From: Rebecca billardiae RCC1528
Taxonomy: Eukaryota; Protista; Haptophyta
Direction: 5' to 3'
DNA length: 64,000 bases
NCBI GenBank assembly: GCA_965240325.2
Contig: OZ251222.1
Span: 1,612,001-1,676,000, forward strand
The notes beneath the pieces were generated by a model. It searched no databases and was not told where the DNA came from. It saw only the letters and a list, made by a program, of their open reading frames with translations. Shown piece after piece: positions 43,483 to 53,259 of this stretch; position 1 is the stretch's first letter, and every line of letters starts with the position of its first letter. Made by a program: the position numbers and the translations under genes.

Positions 43483-45611
43483 CAGCAGCCGGGCCCTGCG
43501 CGTTTCCGACGACGACTGTAACAGGGTCCCAAATGAGAACTTTATCTGACATCAACCATGTCATCGTATCATCAACGCCGTCTGTGAATACTGACTTCAC
43601 GGCCTTGGCATCCATGATGCAGTCTCAGTTAAATTCGGGCAGGTTGCACGGCGGACTCAGATGTCATCATCATCGACATGAGGACAGTCGACGATGATTA
43701 CTCTTCGATGGTGCGCATGGTCAGAGCGGCCACAGCTGCGGAGTCTAGTATGACTCTTATCAGCATTGTCAGTACTGCACAACTGTCACTGACAACGGTG
43801 CGGCTGCTGTATTGCAGTTATAATTATAAATGGTATTAGCTATATATATATCATCAAAAAGTAGCATCAGTCATTAGCTGCTACTACTTCAATTTCTATA
43901 CAGTATACTATCGATCTGATGTAGTGACTGTACATAGTGGACTGAGTGATGTGGAGCCGCTGCGGGCGTCGGACAGCACGGCCGGTCTCGGACAGGGGAC
44001 AGCAGTCAGTATGCTACTACTATTAGTGTGATGCCAGTATGAGAGTCGTATCGGGTCTGCGCGGCGCGCGGCGGCTGGAAAGTGACTACGGTCCTCTGTC
44101 CGGTGAGTCTGTGATGACGTCACATCATTGATGATGACAATCGATCTATAATAACAAATGGCAATCAATGCTGCTGCGGGCGTAGCATACGTACTGCTTG
44201 ACGTGAATCTTAGGGATCGGCAGTGCGCGCGGCATGACGTTATTATTATAATTCGCTCTCGGCCGTACTGCTGCGGCCCAGGCCCCAGGCGTGTATCAGC
44301 AGCGTGAAATGCTCGAATGCGCAGATTATTAGACCCGGCCGCCGCTGAGCGGCGTCGTCGCCATCCATCAGTACTGTAGTCGCGGGAGGCCCATTATTGA
44401 CCATCTAGCGCAGTGAGCGCAACATGAGTAGTAACTGTTTCCGGTACGGCCGACGGTCATCAGTCGTCTGTCGGGCCGGTGCGAGTGCCACAGCAACCGC
44501 GGACCTGCGATACTATAACTACGCGGGCACCATATATCTAGCTACTCTGACATAGAAGCCCCGGACTACTGGCTGAATCATCATCATATCACTGCTTCAC
44601 ACTCACGCGCTGGTACTGAGCGCCTCAGCGAGTCGAGAGTACGAGCCGCGCGTTGAGACAGCAGCATGATGACGCGTTTCTTCCGCCGCCTTCCCTTCCG
44701 CTTCAGACGTGATGCCCGGCGCCACACCGGCCCTCGCCTCCATCGCAGCCCAGAAGACGGAGGTCTAGACCCAGGCCCAGCGGTGAGCAGCTTGCCCGGC
44801 CCGCTCCTGTCGCTGCGGCAGCAATGCGCTGGCGCAGAGGGACAGCGCATCGAGACCAGCACACCGCCCGGATCAAGCAGCTGATCGTGGTGACCCAGGC
44901 GCCTGGGGCAGCGCCACACGCCTGGGCGCCCCAGCCCGAGCCGGCCTCACACGGGCAGGCGGACAGCTTCTGCAAAGGCCCAACCTCCAGCGCGCGACAC
45001 CGTGGAGCAATTGCCTCGCGACATTGACGCAGCTGCAAGGAGCACGGCAAGGCGCAAGGAAGCGACCGGGCCACGAACGCCCCAGCGCACATGGCATACA
45101 GCGCCACCGTACACGGGCAACCCAGCTGCGAAGCGGCCCAGCCCCTCACTGGCGGCCCGTCAGGTGTAGCATCTGCAACCCGAATGCGCGATGATTGAGT
45201 GCAGCGCAGGCTGGCGTGCGTGCGCGGTGCGGGAGCCTGTGACTGATGGCACGCACCTGCACTCAGCCCGCGCCTGCACGGCGAGCACCCTCCGCTTTAG
45301 GCGGTGCGCAAGTCTTGCGCGCGCGCCGGCCGCGCCGGCCGCGCTGCCGGCGGATGGCACTCCCTCGGACTCGAGGAGCGAACCAGCGCACGCGCCGCGG
45401 TGACGCCGCGCAGCAGCGCGCAATATCTCCGCGGGGCTGTCGTCGGGGGCGCACCGATTCGCGCGGAGCGCTCGTATCCAAAGGAAGGCGCTGCGTGCAG
45501 TAGCGCTCGACGCAAGTCCTGAGTTCTTGTGCAGGAGCAGCGGCGCCGGCGCGCCGCCATCGTCAGTGGCAGAGACGCATCGCGACTCTCACGGCTCAGG
45601 TGCCGGCAGCC

Positions 45612-46931
45612 ATGGGCCCCAGCGCGGGCGTGAGGTGGCTCCACGAGCGCGTGGTCACCGCGCTCGCGCGGGACTCGATGGCCTTCGCGTGCTGCGTGTG
45701 TGGCGTGTACACCTTCTTCATTCTCTTCGGCATCGCGCAGGAGCGCGTCAACACCCGCGAGTACGGCGGGGACGGCGAGCGTGCGAGTGGCGAGCGGATG
45801 ACGCACACGCTCGTGCTCATCTTCCTGCAGTGCCTGACGAACGTCTGCTTCGCTGCGGGCGCGCTCCGAGTGGCGGGGGGTGCCGCGTTGCGCCCGCACG
45901 TCGAGCCGCTCTCGCTCGCGAAGATGGCGGGCACGTACATCGGCGCGATGTTCTGTTCGAACGCGGCGCTGCGCTTCATCTCGTATCCAACGCAGGTCCT
46001 CGTCAAGTCGTGCAAGATGGTGCCGGTGATGATCGCCAACCTGCTGATGGGCACGCGCACGTACTCGCTCGCGACCAAGCTGCGCGTCGCGCTCCTCACC
46101 GTCGGGATCTGCGCCTTCCTCGTCGGCCGCTCGAGGGAGCACGCGCCCGAGCCGGGCGACGTGCCGGAGCCCGCCGGGCACGCGGCGCACGCCAACGGCG
46201 GCGCGGGGAGCGACGAGGGGCACATGCAGGCGACGGGGCTCGCGCTCGCGCTGGCGTCGCTCGTGTGCGACGGGTACACGGGCGGCGCGCAGGATCGGCT
46301 CGTGCGCGCCGTCCGGCCCACCGCGCACCAGCTGATGATGTGGATGAACGTGTGGGCGAGCGGGCTGCTGGCCGTTCTGCTGCTGCTGAGCGGGCAGGGC
46401 GTCGCCGGCGCGCGCTTCGTCGCGCGCCACCCCGAGGTGCTGCAGGACCTCGGGCTGTTCTGCCTGTCGTCGGCGCTCGGGCAGAACTTCATCTTCTTCT
46501 CCATCGCGCGCTTCGGCGCGCTGCCCACTACCGTGATCACCACGACGCGCAAGTTCTTCACCATCCTCGCGTCCGTGCTCTGGTTTGGGCACCCGCTGTC
46601 CGGCGTGCAGTGGTGCGCGATTGCGATCGTCTTCGCCGCGCTGGGCGGCGAGCTGAGCGGGAAGGCGAGCATCATGGGCGGCAAAGCCGCGGTGAGCGTC
46701 GCCCGCCGCGACAGTGACGCCGTATGCGTGCCCATCTCGCAGGGCGGCGCTGCCGCGGGCGACGGCTCGCAGCGAGGCGAGCACAGGCGAACGCTCACGC
46801 TCTCCGCCTCAGCCATGTACGGTGGCGCGGGGCACGGCTTCCTGCCCGCCGTGGCGAAGGGCATCGGCAGCCGGTCCGGCGCCGCGCTCGCGGTCTTGGG
46901 TGGCGCGAAGTCGGCCGAACATGAGGTGTAG
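45612..46931 (+). CDS. UAA-family nucleotide-sugar transporter (SLC35B1/HUT1-like)
   Basis: VCGVYTFFILFGIAQE, SNAALRFISYPTQVLVKSCKMVPVM, SLVCDGYTGGAQD, LGQNFIF...ITTTRKFFTILASVLWFGHPLS. Multiple TMs; intronless. Confidence 0.92.
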   Translation: MGPSAGVRWLHERVVTALARDSMAFACCVCGVYTFFILFGIAQERVNTREYGGDGERASGERMTHTLVLIFLQCLTNVCFAAGALRVAGGAALRPHVEPLSLAKMAGTYIGAMFCSNAALRFISYPTQVLVKSCKMVPVMIANLLMGTRTYSLATKLRVALLTVGICAFLVGRSREHAPEPGDVPEPAGHAAHANGGAGSDEGHMQATGLALALASLVCDGYTGGAQDRLVRAVRPTAHQLMMWMNVWASGLLAVLLLLSGQGVAGARFVARHPEVLQDLGLFCLSSALGQNFIFFSIARFGALPTTVITTTRKFFTILASVLWFGHPLSGVQWCAIAIVFAALGGELSGKASIMGGKAAVSVARRDSDAVCVPISQGGAAAGDGSQRGEHRRTLTLSASAMYGGAGHGFLPAVAKGIGSRSGAALAVLGGAKSAEHEV

Positions 46932-47398
46932 CAGCGTCGCTGGCTGGCAGAGCCAGAGGCCCGCGGCCCAGCTGCTGGCGAGCTGGACCCAGCGGGGCGG
47001 CCTGAGAGGTTGCACCAAGCTTCAATCGCCGCAAGGCCAAGCGTCATGCTGCGAGCGCAGTGCACCGCGGCGAGTGATTGCGTGATGCTCAGCGCCCCAC
47101 GCCAGCGTTGGGGCTGAGCAGAGTCTGTTCCATCAGTGATCAGACTCCGCAGTCCTCGGCGCAGTTTTCGCCGGCCGGGGCGAGCGCGGAAATTCGAATA
47201 AAGCGCCGCACGGGCGGGTGTGGACTTTGGAGCAGCAGATTCAAAAAGCGCGCCGGCTGGCGCGGAGGCACCCGCGTCCGCGCACCGCCCATCTCGACGA
47301 CGGCGAGCAAGGGCGCGGCGGGCCGAGCGTCAGCTGACGAGACAGGCCGTGCCCGGGTCCTGGTGGGCGCATCACGCCTGAGCGTTGTGTGTGCACCC

Positions 47399-48205
47399 AT
47401 GCTTGCCCGTTCAACACGGCTGTCGACGCGCCGTGCGCGCGAGCAGCGCACCGCATACTTCGAGCAGCTACTCGATCTGAAGGAGGAGCAGCTCGCGCTG
47501 CGCACGTCGACACTGCTCGTCGCGACAGGCGGGCCGACGGGGAGTGACGCGCGCACCCGTCGCGCGCGTCGAGTGGACCTCGAGCTCGCGACGCGGGATC
47601 AGGGCAGCGGAGGGCCTGCCCGGGAGTTGGAGCGGCTCCGGCGCTCGCAGCGCGTTCATCTCCTCCTGATCGAAGCCTACGCCACCGCGCTGATGGACGC
47701 GGCGCAGATGACTCGCAAGCAGGCGGACGAGGCAGCGCGCGCTGCAGCGGCGAGCATCGACAAGGCGAAGGCCGCCTCGCTCCTCGGCGTGCACAGCGGC
47801 AGCCCTGTACTGCGTCGCGCGCGCAGCGCTGGAACCCAACGGCGCGCAGGCACTGGGCGTGCCGCCGTTGGCACAGACGTGCGCGAAGAGGCGGACCTTC
47901 GCGCCCGGCTGGATGCGACCGTAACGCGGCATGACAATGTTCTCGACGCGTACAAGGGTGCGCTCACAGACCAGCACGACTGGGCGCAGAGAGCGATCGA
48001 GCGCGAGGTCGACCTCAGGGACGCGGGCCTGGACGGCAGGCACCTGCGCACTGAGCTGCAGCGCGTTCGTGCTGATCTCGACGAGAGTGAGCAGGAGAAC
48101 GAGCTCCTCCGGCGCGAGGTGAGCGCGCTGCAGGATAAGCTCATGGCGCTGCTCACGACGCGCACAGCGCAGGCGTCATCCTCCAATCTCGTCTCTGCGG
48201 ACTGA
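47399..48205 (+). CDS. Hypothetical coiled-coil protein
   Basis: Open frame from ATG 47399 with a heptad-rich C-terminus (LRTELQRVRADLDESEQENELLRREVSALQDKL), followed by an AT-richer 3' region. Confidence 0.6.
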   Translation: MLARSTRLSTRRAREQRTAYFEQLLDLKEEQLALRTSTLLVATGGPTGSDARTRRARRVDLELATRDQGSGGPARELERLRRSQRVHLLLIEAYATALMDAAQMTRKQADEAARAAAASIDKAKAASLLGVHSGSPVLRRARSAGTQRRAGTGRAAVGTDVREEADLRARLDATVTRHDNVLDAYKGALTDQHDWAQRAIEREVDLRDAGLDGRHLRTELQRVRADLDESEQENELLRREVSALQDKLMALLTTRTAQASSSNLVSAD

Positions 48206-48425
48206 CGATTCGGACATAATGTTTCCGATCAGCCTCGGCATTATACTACTCGCTCCCATCTTGATGGTTACATTCCCGACTTACCCGTTGATGGATATCA
48301 GAGCCTTTCACACGGTCCTAGACCTTGTCGGATTCCTCCCTTTTGCCAGGTCTCTTCAGTTCCGTGTCGCTTCATCACAGGCATCTGATCGGACTGATGC
48401 TGTCGATCGAACTCCAGACCCTCGT

Positions 48426-50143
48426 TAGGGGGGCCAAACCGCCCATTTAAAAATGAAAAGCAAAGTCGCGTCGCATTTTCGCTCCGCCCTCGGCCTTTTA
48501 GGGTGGCGCGGAGCCTTTTTCTCGGACCCCGCTCGAAAATCGAGCTCCGACGCCGTCGGACGCTCAGAGCTCGGTTCCGCTCCAGCGCGAGCGGCCGGAG
48601 GCAGTGGACCGCCGCGCGCTCGCGACCTTTGAGACGCCGAGATGGTCTCGGGTGCGCGCGCGCGTGACGCTGGTGTGCGCTACTGACCCGTGCCTTTGCG
48701 CCACCAGCGGCTCACCACCCGCTTCTTGGCCATCTCGCGCCGTGCGCGGCGCGCGTCGGCCGGCTTGAATTGGCGCGCTGCGTGCGCCCGTCACGCTACC
48801 GCACGGTGTGGCTCATGATCAACTCGCACAGTTGAGATCGATGCTCGCACCAAGTGCCCATGTATGTATGTGGATGCCCAGCTCGCCTAACCTGCCCTGC
48901 TGCGCCGGAATCGCCGTCAGCAGACCGGCGCGAGCTCGCGCGCAACACCTCCGCGGAGCTCGCAACTGTCATGTTCCGCTTGTAGGGCCCGTGTTTGCAC
49001 CTGCCGTGGCACTTGCGATGGTCAGTACGTTGGGTATGGGTCACGTGTGCCCTCTGATGGCGTCTGGGCGCCTCCCATTCGCCTCTCAGGACGTCGCGGG
49101 GCGTGCTCGCAGGCAGCGGTTGGCTCATTCGACAGGTCCGACGTGCACTCGACCGTGCCTGCAAGCGCGCCCCTGTGACGCTCATGCCTGCAGAAGCAGA
49201 TGCAGATGGGCCCTCATGCACCCTGGTGCGCCCAAGACCGGCGGGAGCGTCAGAGACCGTCTCAATCTTGACACCTTGCACACGCCGGCGCTTGCCGGTG
49301 GGCTCCGCGCAGCCAGCCAGGAGCGCCGAACAGCGCCGGATCAGCCTCTGTAGGCCGAATATCCGCCCCTAAGCCCAGAAATAGCGCGGAACAGGGTAGT
49401 GCGTACCTATATGGACCAATCCCATCCAGCCTGGTTTGGTGCAGACACGCCAGCCACCGCCTGGAGCAGACGTTTGCTGCCGAATCGCATGCTCGGCACT
49501 GTGCCGCACTGCGACGACGACAGATTTGACCTGCCTCGTAGGTCTCGGCCAGGGAGCGGTGACGGTTGGCTCGAGTCACTTTAAACCTTGACTATGACCG
49601 AGAGCACTCCCGGGCTAAGGACGTGGGGCCGGTGCTTTGGGTCTACTATGTCTGCAATACGCCGTACGCGTGGCCGTATACACAGTCTGAAAACGTATCT
49701 CGCAGCTCGAGATCAGACGAGGCTGTATTCATCAGCATGGCGCCTATATACACAGTTGGTATGTAACGATCGGTGGCTTCTAGGAAACTACATATTTGAC
49801 AGCCTGCCAGTACACAGCCTATATCGCATGTTGGGACCTGCTGCTGCTGGGGACTCAGAACGATCTCGCTGAGATGCTCTATCAAAGTGAGGTCGACATG
49901 GTCTATATGTCACATATAGGACGACCGTTACATACCGTTTCCAATAAGTTCAGGCTCATTCTAATAAGTAAATATGCTAGCCGTTACGCCCTATATTCAG
50001 GGTATGTGCACCTGATTTTTTTACATGGCCGGCCCAGACCCCTCCAGAGGGCAAATGATCCAGCCCGAAATCAGCTCTAAACACTCGCTAGGACCCGCGC
50101 TCGTGGCCGTCAGTAACGCTACAGTGCCACTTTGGCCCCCCTA
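48426..50143. mobile_element. Non-autonomous TIR DNA transposon (hAT-like ends), 1718 bp
   Basis: Perfect 13-bp TIRs TAGGGGGGCCAAA (48426-48438) and TTTGGCCCCCCTA (50131-50143). 7-bp TSD CCCTCGT at 48419-48425 and 50144-50150. Subterminal CCTATAT repeats. No transposase ORF. Confidence 0.85.
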
Positions 50144-50667
50144 CCCTCGTCCGCCCCGGCCGACTGAGCATCAGTCGTCACGGGCACGGCGCCTCGGGCC
50201 TCACGCCCACGGCCCCGTGGCCGTGGCCCGTCGCTTCGCAGGCCTTCGCAGTTCGCTCTCTTCAGTCTTCACCCTTATTTGACAATATATATATATATCC
50301 TGCGAGCGGCTGCTTAGACATAATAGAACGAATTACGGATCGCGCGGGGCGGCGGGCCCCTCGGGCTCGGCGGCGGTAAGCGTCTGCGGACTCTGTATAT
50401 CTTGGATGATGAGTACGCGCCATCGACATATCGTGACAAACGATGTCAGAGTGGCCCGCTCATCCCGCGGTCGTCGAGCCGCTGGTAGCCTCTGCTGTCT
50501 GCAAACGCTCGTCGTTCAGATGGCGTGAACAGATGCCAGGGTCGCGCCAGCAACTCCTGTCTGTCATCGTCACTGTGGCAAGTGGCGGGGCGAAGCACCT
50601 GCTGCTGGCCGGCACCTGGTGTGCTGCATTGGGCCCAGGTAGCTAGCTTCGCCCCCGCCGCCCGGGC

Positions 50668-52807
50668 TTACCTCTTGTCCTTGTCTTTGACCGTTGCGCC
50701 GCGCATGACCGCGTCGTGCTCGTCGTCAATCGACGAGACCGCGGTGGTCTTCCGAGAGCCCACACCCGACGCCGAGTCTCCCACCGGCGCCTTGCGCGGC
50801 GGCGGCAGCATGGCGGTCTGCGTCGTGCTCACGCGGCTCGGCTCGAGGCCGTGGACTGAGTTCTCGTGCACAATCGTCGGGTCGAGGCCCTTCTGCATGA
50901 TGTTGAGCAGGATCGAGCGCGACTTGTTCTGCTCGGTGACGTTCCACCCCTCGGCCATCTCCTTGGGCACGTGCTCGCGCAGGCCCGGGTGGTGCCACAG
51001 CATGAGCGCCACGCTGATCACATCGTCCTTGGACATGCTCTGCAGCGCCTTGCGCGTGCACGTCTGCGCGGTCGGCGGTCGGCAGCGGGCAGGGAGCGAA
51101 GCGCGCGGCGTGAGGGGCGGCATGCGCGCGCGGCCGCGGCGCGCGCTCGCGGGGCCGGCCGCGCTCGAGCCGCGCGCACCTGCAGTACCAGGTCGATCAG
51201 GTCGTCCTTCTCCAGCTTCTTCTTCGCGACCGGGCCGGGGCTCTCCGGGATGCTCATGCCGCTCACGGTCGACTGCTTGCGCACCGAGTTCCGGCCGGAG
51301 TTGGAGAAGTTGGCCGTGGCGGCGGCGGCGGCGGCGCGGGCGGCGGCCTTCTTGGCGCGCTTCTCCTTCGCCTTCGCCTCCTGCGCGTCCGCGGTCGCCC
51401 CGAGGTACTTCTCGAGCAGGATCGCGACGACAACGTTGGTCATGACAATGCCTGCGAGCCACCGAGCGCAGGGCGATTGCGCGCGCGCGAGCGTGGTCAG
51501 CGCGGTGTCGCGCGACCCGACTTGCGCGCGAGGGCGAGCGTCGTGCGACGCGGCGGCGCGGCCGCGCGCATTCGCACCCGCGACGAAGGTGAATGAGATG
51601 AAGAAGGGTGCCGCGCTCAGCTGCCCGGCGTCGTACAGCAGCGGCCGCGCGATGCCCGACGCCCAAGAGTCCATCGTCATCACCTGCCTGCGCGGGCACG
51701 CGGCGCGCGGGGGCGCGGCGTCAGCGCGCGGCCGGCCGGTGGGGCGGCCTGCGCGACGGCCTCCCGCCCCGGTGCCCGCGCAGCGAGTCGATCGGATGCG
51801 CCGGCGCTCGCGCGGCACGCCGCCCGCGCCGCGCACCACATGGTGAACATCGCCTTTGCAAAGTTGCCAAACTCCTCGTCCGCGTACGGCGCGTAGAACT
51901 CGACGCCAATAATCGACCAGATGCCTGCGCGGCGGCAGCGGCCACGGCGGGCGCGCGGCGGACGCGGCGCGCGCGGGCGTGAGGGAGGGCGGGGCCGGGA
52001 TCGGCGTCCGACCGCGCGGCCGCCCCGACACCGCCACGCGGCCGCCGCCCGGCTCCCCAGACCGACCCGGTCGCGCGCGCGCGCGCTCAGCGCTCGCGCT
52101 CGCGCGCACCCATCAGGATGCCGAGAATCATGAACGCGTTCGCGACGCCGGGCATGCTCGCGCCCACGCCCTCGATGATGAGCTTGAGCGACTCGACGCG
52201 CCTGAAAAGGCGGAAGACGCGGAACGCGCGGAACAGCCGGAGCACGCTGATCCCCGGGATGTTGTCCAGCGTCAGCGAGAGCACGGTGATCGTCACGATG
52301 AGGAAGTCAAACACATTCCAGCCGCTGCGGAAGGGCAAAGCCGGGAAGCGAGCGCACGCAGCGGCGTGATGAGGCCGGCGAGCGAGCTGGGGCGCGGCGC
52401 GAGGCGCGCGTGCGCACGACGCACGATTTCCAGAAGAAGCGGAACCACAAGCCGTACATGTTCCACACCAGCTCCACCCCGAACACCGCCGCGAAGAAGA
52501 GCTCGAACGCGTAAAACACATCCCACGCGCTCGAGCCCGGCTGTGCGTTGAGCTGCTTATCCGCAGCCGAGATCAGGAAGTTGGCAAAGATCAGTACCGC
52601 CACGCTGATCTGCACGAGGTTCGTGTTGTACGCGGTGCGCACCCTCGACTGCAGTGGCAGCGTGTCCGCGATGTGCTCAGGTTCAGTCTGGTCGCTGCTC
52701 GATATCTCCGAGACGACCCCATCGCCCACGGACTGGTGCTGCTGCTGCTCTTTGGACTTAGCTTTGGACGCTTGCGCAGAGTGCGCCGCGGCCGCGGCAG
52801 GCGGCAT
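50668..52807 (-). CDS. Single-domain (6-TM) voltage-gated Na+/Ca2+ channel (EukCat/BacNav/CatSper-like)
   Basis: Exons 52807-52425, 52324-52110, 51924-51837, 51687-51578, 51451-51180 and 51063-50668, all GT-AG and phase-consistent. S3 SGWNVFDFLIV; S4 LRLFRAFRVFRLFRR; pore FGNFAKAMFTMWQVMTMDSWASGIARP; S6 IVMTNVVVAILLEKY. A further intron at GTAAG 50671 is possible. Confidence 0.9.
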
Positions 52808-53074
52808 GGCCGGCCCACCGCCGACGCTCCCGGCGCTTGATCACACGCACTCGCGCCCAGACACCGCTCGTCTGGGGCCCTCGTCTGGGGTAGCTACCCA
52901 GCAACGATGACGGATCGGCATCAAGATGCCCGTTGATCCTCCAACCGCAGATGACAATACATACAGATTCAGCTCCGTCAGACTGTCAATTTGATACGAC
53001 TGCTTACCCGCTGCTGCTAGCAAGTCTGATCGGACCTACCCGCATCAGTACGGCACACGATGGCGATGCGCCAG

Positions 53075-53188
53075 TTTATAACGGGCTCCGGGTGATCAGG
53101 CTGGCGGCCGAAGCCTCCAGCCCTACCCTGGCCAGCCCCCAACCAACCACCACCCTCACCCGCCTGATCACCCGGAGCCCGTTATAAA
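53075..53188. mobile_element. 114-bp MITE-like perfect inverted repeat (27-bp arms) in a divergent promoter
   Basis: TTTATAACGGGCTCCGGGTGATCAGGC (53075-53101) is the exact reverse complement of 53162-53188, with a 60-bp spacer. The outer TA could be a TSD. Confidence 0.65.
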
Positions 53189-53259
53189 GGGGAATTTAAA
53201 AAAACTCCTCGTCGTTTTTCCTCAAAATGATGCCCAAGAAGAAATCGGCGGCATCAACG

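Noticed and set aside
44584-45520. Possible gene between the AT-rich spacer and the transporter
   Set aside because: Only short ORFs without recognisable motifs or a coherent splice model.
48497-48503. TTTAGGG telomere-like motif
   Set aside because: Single copy with no array.
48560-50100. Transposase or Fanzor/TnpB cargo inside the TIR element
   Set aside because: Only short ORFs (<190 aa) are present, with no DDE, RuvC or zinc-finger motifs visible.
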